Source of the DNA: Botryllus schlosseri
Lineage: Eukaryota
Direction of reading: 5' to 3'
Length of the DNA stretch: 64,000 bases
NCBI GenBank assembly: GCA_051294905.1
Contig: CM119372.1
Coordinates: forward strand, 15,750,001 to 15,814,000
Under the pieces are notes generated by a model. That model ran no database searches and was not told the DNA's origin. It was given only the letters and a program-made list of their open reading frames with translations. The position numbers and the translations under genes are program-made. Below, piece after piece: positions 35,801 to 50,800 of this stretch. Position 1 is the first letter of the stretch, and the number at the start of each line of letters is the position of its first letter.

Positions 35801-38800
35801 AAGGTCAATTCCCATGCCGAAACTTCTGTAGTGATGCATTTTATTGGTAAAAGGTTGTATGTTGATACTGCATCGTAAAGACAGTATTGATTGCCCTCTA
35901 TTGCTTATTTAGACCTATGCGGAGGAATAGTCTGCCCCCTGGGACAACTGTGCAGAGATGATAGATGCGTTTGCTTTGGTGTCGTCGATGACTACGGCAA
36001 TTGTGGTTTGTACACACAGAATAAAAGTTACGAATTGGTGAGATAGTAAAATGATCGATTGCTTCGCTTTTTAGTTTTGCCCACCATTGGGCCACCAATT
36101 ACGGTCACCATTTTTCCCCCACCGTGCTACCCAAAATGTTCACGCGACAGGATCTGCAAGAATGGCGAATGCGTGTGCAATTCTGGACGAGAGGTTTACG
36201 GGAAATGCGGTAAGAACATTTTATATAATTTGATCTTAAAGCTCTGTTTCCGGTATGTAATGACTGGATTTTTTCTGTCATTCCCAAACCTATATAGCAC
36301 TAGGCCTATAATAATACATTAATTCTTAATTTGATTCGGCGAAACGCAGATCAACTATCGCGGCGGCTTTGTTTTACGAACTTCATTCATATCATCTACC
36401 ACCAAACTCCAATATGGCATATATTTAGTATTATCTTGTTGAGGAGTAGATCGCTACGGAAAGTTCTCGATTTCCCCCCTCGGACGTTTTGAGAGACGGC
36501 GAATATAGAAGTGAGATGTATAGACTAGGCGACACCATGTTTATGGGAGAGAAACAAATATAGCTGTAAATGTCTATACATGTACGATGCATATTTTCCT
36601 CGCTATGGTCACGTGAATTAAACTATTGGTGATCGTATTTTATATCTAGTTTCAGTTCCAACCTGCCCAATATATTGTCCACCCGGTCAATATTGTAAGA
36701 ACGGAAAATGTGTGTGCAGGAAAGGCAATCTTCATAATGGAAAATGTGTTGGTAATATATGTCATTACCGTGAACGCGCATTAAGTGATAATAAATACCA
36801 TGTCGCCCCACAGTGTGCACATTTCCCGAAGTCTTCAAAGCCTGTCCCAGCAATTGTCCTCCAACCTGTGAAGATGATCCCGACAACCCAATTCTGTGTA
36901 CCAAAGAATGCAAACTGTCAAATTTCTGCGTATGTGCGAAAGGGTATATACGGAAAAGCAAATCGGACAGTACATGCGTGAGAAAAGAAGAATGTAGTAA
37001 GTATACCCATGTAGGCTATTTTTGGCTATAGAAGTATTAAAGAAAAAATAACGGAATACTTTTTACTTGTGATTGAAATTAGCAATAAAGATTTAATGTA
37101 AATTTCATATAATATTCCCGGTTTCCTCTATTGTACGTCAATGCAATCTAGATTTATGCCTTGTAATATTGTTTTCAACAAATCAAGACAATTTCGAGTT
37201 ATTTCTGGTAGTTTCAAATATAAAAATATCTAATCGTACCGCTTTTCTCACTTTATGCTCGTCGGTTTGACGTATTATTGCTAGAATTGATATAGGTTAA
37301 AATGGACAATCGCGTGCGCTACATGTTAATTCTTTTTTCCATATAATGAAATGCCTATTATATCCATATTTCGACAATATGAACACAATATTTCGATGTA
37401 CTTTGTCTTATAATTTTGTACTACATACCTTCAATGTAATGGACAATTTTTTACAGTAATTATCGTTGTTTTTCTAAATTTGGTGATCATCTTCACAGCC
37501 CGCGGCTATATACTAAAGGTCATTAGATTCCCTCATGGCGTCCTAATCATGTTTTCATGACTAATTACATCAAATGCTCAAAAAAACAACTGATTTGAGG
37601 CGCGGGAGATGATATAAGTAGTGTATTGACCAAACAACCATACTACTAACCACAATAATAAAATGCTGACTATGTAGTTCAGTGGCTCTCAACCGTTTGT
37701 GCCTCGTGGACCCATTTGGCCGATATTTCAGCTACAATTGCTCCCCCCTATAAAAAAAATTGCCCGGTGACTAAGAATGGTGATTTTTAAGGCCCGACCA
37801 TATCTTGACTGAACAATATATGCCCAAACTGTGTCAAATGCGGACTGAGTTACTTTTTAGTAGGCTAGTTTCTTATCAACTATTTACCACTTGGCGTACT
37901 GTTATTTAGAAGAAAACTGAATCAGCAGAAATTAGGTCGTCCCTTTCCGTTGTGGCAACATTGCGCTAAATTTGGCCTGTTTTTTACAGGTCGGGTATCT
38001 TCAGAGGAAAAATAAATCACCAATTTCGCTTGCGATAGCCTTGAGTTGAATCGAAAAATTTCGTATGCTTTTCACGGTCGCTCATATGTTGGCGTAAAAA
38101 ACGTAAACATGTTCACCAGCGGTCTTATACTGAATTCGGCATAACTTTTACCTCCTCAGTTGCAATTAGGGTTGGATTATCCGGATAACGGTTAACGGCA
38201 GGTTTTTTTATTATCCGATATCCGGATATAAATCTGCCGGTTAACCGGATAAAATAATATCGGTAATAATGCGTTTTACACTTTTAGGAAGCTTCAATAA
38301 GTCGTATTATCAGTGTTGCGCGCGGCGAATTAGCGAGAACCGTGTCGCAAATTAGCGAGGTACGTCAATGCAGTGTGTAACGCGACGCAATCTTCCGCTG
38401 TGAAGATCGCCAAATTAGGTCATTGATTGCCGCGAACTCGGCTATCGTTGCTGGCCTGATTTTTCGAGTCTTCAACAAGCCTATAGTTTTGGGTTGCCAT
38501 ACGTCCGGAATTTCCCGGACATGTCCGGAATTTCACTGTTAAAACTGTGTCCGGGAGGAATTTCTAAAATATGCCTAAATGTCCGGAATTTTGGAGTAAG
38601 CTCATAATTTTTTCCTAAATCAACATAAACAATATTATTTTTGGGCAGATTAATGCTACATGAACTTTTTCTTCGCGCTGCGCGCGATTTAGTAACACAT
38701 ATATTGATTTTAATATGGGGGCTACCACCCTCGCAAAAACTGCGATCAAAAATAACATTAAGTTACAGAAATAAGTTTAATTGTAATCGCAATTACAAGA

Positions 38801-41800
38801 TAACGGTATATTCATGGAGTCGGTTTAGGCTGTTTGGAAATATATGACTTTACGATGTACAAGATAGCGTAAACCGACAAGATAGCGTAATGGTGAAGCG
38901 TCCGGCTTCTTGTTCTTGGTCGGTAAGTCGTGGGTTCGATTCCCGGCCGGGTCAGGCCAAAGACCTGATTAGTAACGCTGGTATCCATGACTTCCCCGCT
39001 TGGCGCATTGTGATAGTATGGAGGGGTGGTGCAAGACTTAGAAAGCCGTAGAAGGCTATATCTGCACCTTCCTTGCCCAGCGGCATATGCTTAATTGCTT
39101 ATTGACATAATTCATTCAAATCATTTAACGACCAGATGCATATAGTAAGCCCTCAGATTTTGCATCGCTTACCCTACGATCGGCTCAAGATCAGTGTTTA
39201 TTTGGGCGGGAGTGGGCTGGAAAATGTGGCTTCGGCCCTGGTTACAACTTACAACACACAACCACACACTCTTGAAGCTGAACCGGATCGTGACCACTTC
39301 TAGTCGATAGACAAAGCTTTGCTAGTGTGACGTCATATTGACCCACAATGTGCTAATATCTCATTTTGAAATCCGCTAGTGGGCGATAAAGAGCGTCCGG
39401 AATTTGTGTTCCGAAAATATGGTAACCCTACTATAGTTCCGCTGGCAGAATCACATCTGCAGGAGGCTCTGTGGACTTTATACCATCACTGGCCTACATA
39501 ACACATCTGCATTGGCTGGGTGCTCACGATATTATCGCTGGCCTACACAATCGCATTTGCAACAGGCATGGTACGAACGATATAATTATCATCGCTGGCG
39601 TAACCATCGAGTCTCGGGCCTGGCATGCGTTGGCTCCTATCTCTTGGTGGCTCGGAGACAATATGCCGGTAAGACTATTATGATCAGCGATTGTGATTAA
39701 TGAGTGAAATCGCGAAACTGAATGACATCGAATGTTCGCATTTCGCAAACATGTTCGTGCGTGCAAGCGTAATTGATTTCCACTGATACTAAATTCGAAA
39801 AAAATCGAAACCCCTTCGTTTTATTTAAAACAACTCCCCCCCCCCTTATTTTTTGGCTGGCTACGGGCCTGATCATGTGAATTTCCCATGGATGAATTAA
39901 AGTGAGCTATCATTTCGGCCTCAATTCCAGTATCAACTACTCGTCCTTCCAGTACTGGACAGTGGACACCTAAACAGAAGAATGGGCAAAAAGGAAGCGC
40001 TGCTTACTATATTCAGCCCATTTTGTGGAAGCAGAAAGGGCATTTAATACGTGTGGACTCATTGTTACAAAACTCCAGTCCCGGCTACAGGATGCCACTA
40101 TTGATGCAGTGTACTTTATAAGGAGGGAGTTGAAGAAGTAGTGAACATTAAGCTTGCGTGATTTTTCTGGTATTCGCTCGTACTGCGCGTGTACGTATAA
40201 ATCTACAATAACACTGCGTAATGATTTTGCGATCCATTTTTCATGCAAACCTCGTGAAATCGATTATCTCTCTTAGCATTCATTATCCGGTTAACCGGTT
40301 AGTTAAATTCCAAATATCCGGATATATCCGTTATCCGGATAGTGAAAATTATTGATATCCGAACTAACCCTAGTTGCAATTTGGTCGAGAAGGTGTCGAG
40401 GGGCCTTAAAAATCATCTCGCGAGCTTCACATTATCAGGGGCAGGAATTTCTACAGAAAATATTTAAACGTATATCTAGCTAAAATTCGCCCAAAGAAAC
40501 ATACATTTGTAAAGTACCAGTTTCATACTTAACAGTTCTACCATAAAAATATAAAAACCTTCTAAACCCAGGGTATCTTCCGATAAAACTCTAAGGCCAG
40601 ATACTCCCCTAAAATTTCAAAATTTCTCTCAACGGGGGAATTTCTCCGGTTGGAAACCACTGATGTAGTTTATAGTTAGTAATGATATCCGTACCCCCTA
40701 GATTCGTAAAATAATCACAGAGGTGATCAAAGTAGTTAAGAAAGCTACTCAAATAGAAGTAAAAGTAGCGACGAAAAAATAAAATCGAATACGAGTAGAA
40801 GTACTTCTTTCATAAGCAACCTAAAACAACTTGAAGTAGAATAGAATTGACCGATTTTGAATCTACTCAAATAAGAAAGTAGTCGTGAAAACGATTGTAG
40901 TTCGATCGCATGGATTGTCAAAAGCTGCAAACTGAGCTATGCAAAAGGTGCAGAGCTAGATTCATATTCATACATACCAGGAGGCATCCAATTTTCGACA
41001 GCATAAGCATCCGTCCGCATCGTGGAATGAAAATGATTGTATTAATATGGAAATGTGATACTAATCCTCTGTTAAATCGAACAGCACGTTTTAGAAAATA
41101 TCATGGTATGGCACCCTCCCCCATATTATAAAACCCGCAGTTTAGTCAACGAGCAATACGGGGAAGTTGTATCGGATACGGTGTAATTACTCTGCGCGAT
41201 TGGTAAACGTTGATAAAAATATTATGGATCGTAAAAATGGTATATTAAGTAGCTTTATTTCCGTAAATTAAAGGCGTTACTACACTTGCTTTTATACTTC
41301 AACATGTAATTCTCGAGACAAAAAAAAACTGATACTAATTAGAACTTAAAGTATGATACTGGGAAGTGGAAGTGAAATATAAATACTACTTCCGAAAGCG
41401 GAAAATGTATTTCATGTCTTTAGTCCAGAAAGTTTCGAAGGGGGTATGCTAAAACGTGTCTAAAGTTAAAACAAAGTCAAAGTCCACTTTTCCAGATTAC
41501 GACACGCCATGGACTGCCAGATTACGATATGATAAGTTAATGCTAAATTGCGAAACATCAGTTTAAAACGTTATGATAGGCCATATATTCTAGGGATGGT
41601 GTGAACCTCTGAAAGGTTGATGTGAACGCGAACCTTTTTGTAACGTGAACATATGACGTCACGTGATGTCATATTGCTAATTCCGACCCTACATCTCAGC
41701 GAATAGATATATTGATGTCCACGATAGGCTACCTATATCGACATCTCACGCCACATTATGCCAAATTGCCGAAGTGCATGCTGAGTGCTGACTTTTTAAA

Positions 41801-44800
41801 CGTCATCAAATGAATCAACTGGAGCAATCAAATGATACTACAATTCCATTAAATCAACATCTACCGTCGCATTGCCTACAATTTCTACGAGGACTCGGCT
41901 ACACCGGACATATGTTTCTTAAGAGTGAGACACCGGTTTCTATACTTGCGCCAGATATTATCTCGAAAACAAGTTATACAGTAGCCAACACCCCAATCGG
42001 ACGGATGTGTTTTTCATGATACAATAAGGTTAAAAAATCAAGATAGATCCCGTACGCTGATAGATTTTTTACATTAGACATCGATGCATTATTTATATCA
42101 ATTTTGTTGATGCAAATAATTGATTGGTTGACGAAGCACAATTCACTGACTTCCTACATGTGTAGTGTGTTTCATTCTCGCTGTTGTGTGATTGCGGGCA
42201 AAGCTCACAGCAGAGAGTCACCAAAGATTCATAAACGGAAAGCTGAATATTGCGAGCAAACTTTCGAGCAAATCATTTTTGAAATTAGCAAGGTGCATGC
42301 TCGTTTAGTGCTGAAGGTTTTTTCATGCTGCCTGGCACCATGCAGAGAGTGGTCCGAAGTTGAAATTCAAAGAGAAGAATTGCGACCAAAGACGATATAA
42401 TGAAAAATTGTAATACATGAAAAAGTGTCACAGTGCAGAACCAACCAAGGTTCGTTTGTGAACGAGAACCGCCAAATCTCAGAGGTTCACTCACAGAGCA
42501 CGAATGTGAACCTCACTTTTACACCATCCCTACCATATATTCTTTGATGAAATATTTCATATGGGCGACAATGAGGTGTGAACGGAGCCACGCAACCCGC
42601 TACCTAAATTATATTCACCGATACTTTCGTGAAGTCATATTGATGACTTCATTTCTACTGCGCGCGAAGTGCGACGAAAATTCTGGGCTTTACGCAACAT
42701 TTATGAAAATTAAATGTTGATGCTCAGTGAAAACAGCTCCGAAATTCCACAGGCTATCTTCCTGATTGGAGGATTAAACTAATTCTACTTCACAACTGAA
42801 AATAGCGAAAAGTAAGTAAGTAGATGACAAAATCTTACAGAGTAGAAATAGAAGTAGCGGGAAATTAGATAAACTTGAGTAAGTATTCAAGTAGTGGAAA
42901 ACTACTTGAGTACTTCAACAAAGTAGAAGTACTTCGTTACTGACCAAATCTGAAAATAATAATTGGATATGGAGAAAAACACCACATGCGTTATAATCGC
43001 TGAACAAATCAACAGCAACAAACAAAAATTTCACAAAATGGTAATCAAAATGTTCCCAATCCATTTAATCGGTTTTCGGTTTCATTCCAATTCATTAATC
43101 GGTTACGAAATGAAATAATTGAAAATCTGACATTTGCATTGTAATAACGAGATATGAGAGACAGATATAAATCACATTTCAATTTTGGGGGGCTGTTTTA
43201 CATTGGCATTTCAGTGATTCAAACATTCCGCGGTATCAGTATCGAAAGCTCTAAAACTGATCTTCTATCTTATCAACGAGTTTTTGGTTCAGATATGAGG
43301 AAGAAGTTTTTTTGAATTGCATGAAAGTTATTAATTAGTTCACACCGTTCTTCCAAACCTATGCTTAGTGATAATCCTACAATAAAAGGTCTCCAATTTC
43401 CAGGGAGATGCCCCAAACCGAAAGTATACAATTCTTGTCCAACAAACTGCCCTATAACCTGCGACAATATCAACAATCCGCCTCGAATATGTGCAACCGT
43501 ATGCCGACCCGGCGTAACTTGCGTTTGTCCACGAGGATACGTAGAGAAAAGCAGCACCGACTCCACCTGCGTCAAACCGTCTCAATGTCGAAAAGGTGGG
43601 CAAGACAAACAACAATAAAAGTGCCGTGAGAGATGGATACTTCGTATGTAATATCCTTCGTTTGAATATTGCGAGACTTTTGTAACCACGTAATATATGC
43701 CCTGTCCGTGAACGACGTGATATTTTACACTTTCTACAGTCACAAACCGCTGAATATTGTTGTGTTTCACTGGACGAGCTCATTGATTTCGGTAGGTCGG
43801 AGTGTTGCTTTGCCACAGAGGCGAGCGCGATCTCGGCCTTTGTTATTACAATGCAATATGGCTTTGGTGAAAACCTTGTGACATTTATTGCTGCATATTT
43901 GAGACTTTCATATCCCCCATCTGCCGATTAGGATCAGCTGATCGATTCACGAATCGGTGGGACAGTACATTATATATTATTATTACAAGTAGGCCGATAT
44001 TTTGAAACGAAGTAACAGCGACATATAATAAAATGATCAATAGATCAGACTTTGATTGATTGCTTATAATAAGATCAGCAAGTCATGATTACGGACACCA
44101 CAATCGCCATAACCAATATGTCATCTGAATCTCATTATCGCAGTGTCGATATGTGAACTACCGAAAGATTCTGGACCTTGTGAGGCCCTCATGCCAAAAT
44201 TTTTCTTCAATGCCAAGACCGGAAGATGCCAAAGGTTCAATTACGGTGGTTGCCTGGGAAATCGGAATCGTTTCGACACACGCAGAGAATGCGAAGCACG
44301 ATGTAAATATTACTACATATGTGAACTCGGGTTACATAAATAGAACTTCATGTTTATGCATTTATTTCAATTCTTCAAAGGCATCACGAGCTGTAACTCT
44401 AAGAAATACTAAATGATTCCCTGTAGGTTCGATCTGCAAACTCGACAAAGATCCAGGTCCATGTGAGGCCGCTATTCCAAGTTACTACTACAACAGATAC
44501 ACAAAACGCTGTGATAAGTTCTATTACGGTGGTTGCGAAGGAAATGCAAACAGATTCTCGAGACTTTCTGCGTGCAGGGATCAGTGCGAAGAACCTAGAG
44601 GTATGTCAATGTACACAGTGCACTATACCAGACCTGGACAATGTGCGGCCCGCGTGACAAATGCGGCCTGCGACGCAATTTTGAGTGGTCCGGGAAAAGT
44701 TTACTGCAATCCGGAACATCAAACCTACTTTTGAATGGTAATCTAGGGACTAAAAGCATCGACAGTATAAACTGAACCGGACATTCGTTCACATGACGCC

Positions 44801-47800
44801 TGTTCTTGTATATTCAGCAGTTACGTATGGATTAGGTAGGCTACGTCATATGAATATTCCAGATTCAAAATAAAGCCTAAGTAGGAAGGTGTGAATTGAC
44901 AAATAAAGTCACAAAAGTCAATGATTCCTTATAGCTTCGTTCAAACCTTCTTTGTTGCTGTTGTCAAATGACGCGTTACCCTGTCTTTTCTTCAAGTTGT
45001 TACGCGATCCGTTTCCAAGTCCCTAGTTCGTAAAACAAGTCAACCACTGCTCGTGATAGAGTCATCATCACTTATAAATGATGAACGGGCCTGTCACAAA
45101 AAAGATGAAGGTGGATGGCCCAAATTCTGATTATATTTGGAGCTTTATATATTAGTTTACTGAAGTCAGAGGTTAATCCGTCTATTTGAGAAGATTTTGG
45201 GATGAACTGCTAGTTTCGCTGAACAAACAAGGCTTTTTCACCAAGCTGCCCACAGCTCGGGAAGCCGCCACCAAGACCAAGCTTTGCAGTGCCATAAATA
45301 CATTTCAATTTCCTTGTACAAAAAAGTGTCTGGGGGTTGAAAATAGCTTGAAACATAATGTTTAACATATCTTTCAGTTATGATGGCAAATAAATATTGT
45401 TTTGAAAATTCTATAATCGTCACTTTCTCATTACCATTATACAACGGAATAGTATAGTCATTTTGAAATGATCCCTGATATTTTCGGTTGACACTCGTTA
45501 AGAGTTAACGTCAGCACCTAGTAGAGAATTCAAAAGAACATCGTATATCAACAACCATATCACCCAATATGACGTCACCATCATGAAATGTCGAATACGA
45601 GAACGTTCAATTGAATGTACTATTGTGAGATGGTACACGAACTCTTTTTGTTGACAAAGCCTTGGCTGGTGTATTTTGATAAAAGTCGACTCCAAGGCAC
45701 ACAAATGAAAGTGTGAACGGCCTCTCCCAACGACACGAAATCTGTCTTCTCGGTACTTTTTCGCACGTGCGGGATTATCCAACAAGTGTTTGCTAATTGC
45801 AGAATTTATGGCCTTTGATCGTTTCGCATCAATCTTGAGGGGATGAGCCGAGGGTGAGCTGTTAACCGAGCGTTTGGCAAACACTTGTTGAATAATCCCG
45901 CATGCGCGAAACATTATATAAGCTTAAATGTACGGCGATTTTTTTGACACGTCAGAAATAGACAAAATTTTGTCAAAATTGCAGCGTTAGGTCCAAAATT
46001 GTCAAATTTGTTTATAAAGTCAATGTTTTTTGCAGCCTGCATTTCGTTTGTGTCGTAGATTTTGCACTGTCGGTGAACTTATCATTTGACATTTTACGAC
46101 TTGTAGCGTACTTTATAGGCCTACCGTTGTAGAGGCCCATTGTCTGCTCATTGCGAATCATAAACATTCGAATGAGACAAACAGTTTAACATGGTGTTTT
46201 GCTCAACGTACCACAATACCTTAACTGAAGCATGACTGCGTGGGCATAGCATGGATCTTATATCAAGAAGCGCATGATGAAATATTGTGCTGTAGACACC
46301 ATTGTCAGAATGAGGCAGCTCGGTGTGTCACCAGCAGTGCATGCGCAACTTCAGTGTTGTCAGCCAACAACTGCTGCTGTTGAACGTTCTTTCACCGTTA
46401 TTGGCAACCTACTTAGTAAGGACAAAAACGTTTTACCCGAGAATGTAGGAAAGTATCTTTCGTTGAACTACAACAAAATCTTCCGTTTTTAGGTAAAAAG
46501 ATCGCCCTACTTAAGAGCTACACTACAAATAGTTTTAATATTTTCAAGTTGGAAAGAGCGTTTGGTTATATTTAAATCAATTTTACAAAACCAGACGATG
46601 GACGATGTATTTACTCTGTCACAGTATCATGGTATAATTCCGAAAATTGCATCAATTTGTCACTGCCTCACAAAGATGCATATTGCGATTTTCTTCCTCT
46701 ATGCATCTGAATTTTAATTTGCAAATAACGTCCAATTTTATCTGTATCGTTACTAACAACAGTGATTGATGGTACATAAAAATCCTATTTGATTGATTAT
46801 TAGTAATTTAAAGATACCTTTGAAAGCAATTGGTTTCATATTGAAAAAGTTGGAGTCGGAGTAAAGGTCATTTTCACAAATCCCGACTTCGACTCCAGTC
46901 AGTATGTTTTCCACGACTCCGACTCCGACTCCAGTCACTATAGTTTTCACAACTCCGACTCAAAGGCGTAATCAAAAGAGACTCCAGCTCCATTAATGCT
47001 AAAGTTAGCTAAACTCTGACTCCTACTCCACAGCCCTGTTTGAAACTCCAGACTTGACACATCTTCTGATTTTTAAGTATCATCGGACATCTATTACGCA
47101 TGTACAGTGCACATACACACAAGCACAAGAACATGTTTGAGGGCATTCGATGTCATTCAGTTTCGCGATGTCACTCTTCAATCACAAGCGCTAATCAGCA
47201 TACGCTAGGGCAGGGGTTCTCAAAGGGTGGGCCATGGCCCACTGGTGGGCCACAGGAGCATTTGAGGTGGGCCACAGAGCTATTTAGAAATTTTTTGAAT
47301 TAATGTAAGTTTAGCGATATTTGTTATGTTAAATGCCTAAAATATATTCATAAACCTTTTCATCCGATTCTGATGAGACACAGTGGCACATATGGAGTCA
47401 GAATGTACAACTAGAAAGCGGAATGGACAAACGGTGTCTTTTTCCACTGGTTATGAAAACCAAAGACTAACCCCAACTAAAATTATTTGGGATATATAAT
47501 AACTGGACGGTAATGCTGAAGTAACCTAGCACTCCGGCAGGGTCATATGTCATATGCCGTTGAAAGAGGTGCGTGCAGTAAACTCGGAATGAAATGCAAT
47601 TGATGTATAGATTCATTGTACTTCGGCAGCTCGTATTATTGTAAGATAAAAATAGCAATAATTGCAAATTATTAGCAACTTCTGAAGAAGATATACTGCA
47701 CCACCGCAACGAATCGTAATGGATTGAGGATTTGGCGGAGCGCAATAATCTTTGAAGTCAGTTTAAAATGTCCGACCTGGAAATCATTGTACATGATATA

Positions 47801-50800
47801 AGAGTCACATGAATTATTTGTATCACTGCATTGGATATTCTGACATCGCAACTTCAGTTGGTTTGGGACAGGACATACAATGTAGCCTACATTGTACAGC
47901 ATGCATAATAAAAAAAAACTACTTCCCCACTTCTCTGTAGTAGGCTACCCCATTCATTAATGAATTGTTTGAAGCTGGCCCAGAATGATTATATTATTCC
48001 CCACAATAGTGGAACTAAAATCCCAATCACACATTGTGTTTCGCGACGCGAATGGAGCAGCGGACGATCATAATATACACAGGGGATTTAGCCTGTGATC
48101 TACCAGGGCCATAACTGCCGCACCCAAACCCCTAATTGGGGGAGATCGAGGGGGCCCAAGATTATTTCGTTGGTCGTTTGTTGGAGGATATTTATTCAAC
48201 TTCAAAATTTTCGTCGCGCTTTGCGCGATTTCATGTCCCGAGAGACCTACATTTAAATATCATCGGTATATTAGGAGTAAAATGCGCATATTTTAGAGAA
48301 ATAGGCATATCGGCGCCATCGATTAACACACATCGAACGGGATTATGATTCTAAGATAAGAGGTGGGCCACAACACATTTTCAAACCGGAAAATGGGCCA
48401 CGGCCAAGAAAGGGCTGAGAACCCATGCGCTAGGGTAACCATATTTTGAAAATCTAAAAAGAGGACACTTTTTCAGAATTTTCAGTCTTGCAAAACCGGA
48501 GGAGAATTCTCAAAAAATGGTAAATTTTACCTACTTGGTTGACTAAAAAAAGGTCAGCTTTCCACTCAGCTCCCGAAATACCCGCCGGAGCGTCACTTCG
48601 GTGCTGATTTACGGCATCTCAGTCGGATTTGACCAAAATTCTCAAAATATGACAAAATCTCAAAAAAGAGGACAAAAGGGCGTGATTCGAGGACTCTTTC
48701 AAAAAAGTCAAAAAGAGAACGAATCCTCGTAAGAGAGGACGTATGGTAACCTTAGCATGCACGTAAAGGTAAGGTCTCCAAGCCATCGAGAGATATAAGT
48801 CAAAGGATGCTAGGCCGCAGACGCGATAGTTAGGCTATCGTTGATATCTATCGTACCAGGCCTAGTGCAGAAGGAATTGTGTATGTCAGGGGTCGGCAAA
48901 CCCCGGTACGCGTGCCATTCGTGGCACGTGAGATGATTTTTCATGGCAAGCCAAATGATTTGCCGTAAACGACATATTATAACCATGTTTTAGCAAAAAG
49001 TAAAACAGATGTTTTTAAAATGTATAAAACTTGTAGACGACACAAACGTATTTCGTAAATCAGTATCAAATAGTGTCTTTTGCGCAGATTTTAATAATCT
49101 TGAATTTTTTTGCCGCGCTTTATGTGATTTATTGGAACCTGATTTCTTGATCATAATGTGGGAACCCCACAAATATGCATAATGTACAGAAGTGAGTCCA
49201 ACAGTATCAGCAATTATGAAAGAACGACAACTTAATATAGTATGAAACTGTTTGGATGCTTTAGTCTAAGAGTGTGCACTGTGCAGCCTGAGGGAACACG
49301 ACTATTTAATGAATCGGCATTTCGGCACTGGACATTTTCACGCTGTAGAAGACACGGCATAGACCAGTGGTCGGGAACCTTTTTCGTCTGAAGAGCCATG
49401 TTAGCCCTATATTTTACATTCAACTCCAAAAGAGCCATTCATGTCCAATCAATTGTTACGTCACAATTTAAAATTCGTGACGTCATGTTAGTATAAATTC
49501 CAACTCCCTACATGGGATTAATCGTTGGCGCCATATTTTCTCTGTAAAAACTGGTAGGCTACTATAATCATCCCGTGGTAGCGCAATTCATCGTAAATAG
49601 ATGAGAATTTATCATAATTGATATTAATCTAATATAACTGTAGCATTGATTCCAAAAATCTAAATATTAATCGACTTCTCAATTCGGCGGTAACGTAAAC
49701 GTTGCACTACACGTCTGTATTTTAACGGCAGTACTAAGAAGCTACTTACTTATCAATGAGGAACTCGGGTGGCAAAGCGTTGTTTGTAATTTGGCTTTGT
49801 AATTGGAATGTCACTTCCAAGGCAGTTCGTTTCTCGGCGTAAATCAGGAAGACAACGAGTATTTGAAATTTAGATCGTCATATAACCGTCCCCACGTCAT
49901 GCTATTCTCTTTGATCAACCGACGTGTGGTGCCATCCAAGATTACGCAGCGCGCGATGCCGGGTACGTCGAATTCGCAAGGGATATTAGTCGCTGGTGCT
50001 ACAGCAACTTAAATTTGAGAATTTTGTGAAGGGGTCCAAGCCCTTAACCGTGGATACGCCACTGTCTTGACCTCTCAAATACATGTTTATGGTGCCACGA
50101 GTATAATTATTCTTGCCGTTAGGAATATTTACTAACAAGTCGCTGCAATATCGATAAAATAAAGTACAAAATTGAAAATATGTCAAAGAGCCATATCTTA
50201 TACCCAAAAGAGCCATATATGGCTCGCGAGCCATAGGTTCCCGACCACTGGCATAAACGTTCTGTATCGGGCAACATGCGACCATGCGACTGCATGCGCT
50301 ATGTGCGCTGTCAGAATGATTGGCGGCGATAAAACCCTGAAAAAGGAATAACAGCCGCATGTTAGCTAAAACGTTCGACATCGGTATGTCCACTGCCCGA
50401 AATAACCAGCGCCAGTAACTTGAGCGTCACGTATCAAATCAAACCCACCGAAGAAAATAACGAGCCACCCGTGTTCAATTCCAACATATTTGGAGCAACA
50501 AGCTTTACCGCTTTACCGTAGGGGCGAGCAACTTCTCCAGTCGGCGGGCCGGATATGGGAAAATTAAGTACTTGGCGGGCTGGATTGCTGAATCGATACA
50601 TTATTCGCCCATTTATCCACATATACAGGGAATAAATCGTATTTAATGAAAGTGTTATAACGACAGCAATGTCCCTTCAAATCCATTTCTCGCCGATAGT
50701 GACGAATACAATGTGTATTTGAGAATAGCATTATCATACAGGCGCCGCCATGTCTGCTTCTCTCTGATCAATCAACACACGGTGCAATCCCTAATTAAGA

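Larger units (their letters stand above)
38167..40372. mobile_element. TIR element with ATCCGGAT repeats
   Basis: Ends tagggttgga...ctaacccta; TSD GTTGCAAT. Confidence 0.83.
37680..40662. mobile_element. hAT-type element, outer shell of the second 4-level nest
   Basis: Ends cagtggctctcaacc...ggttggaaaccactg; TSD ATGTAGTT; homologous to 12299-14295. Confidence 0.85.
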
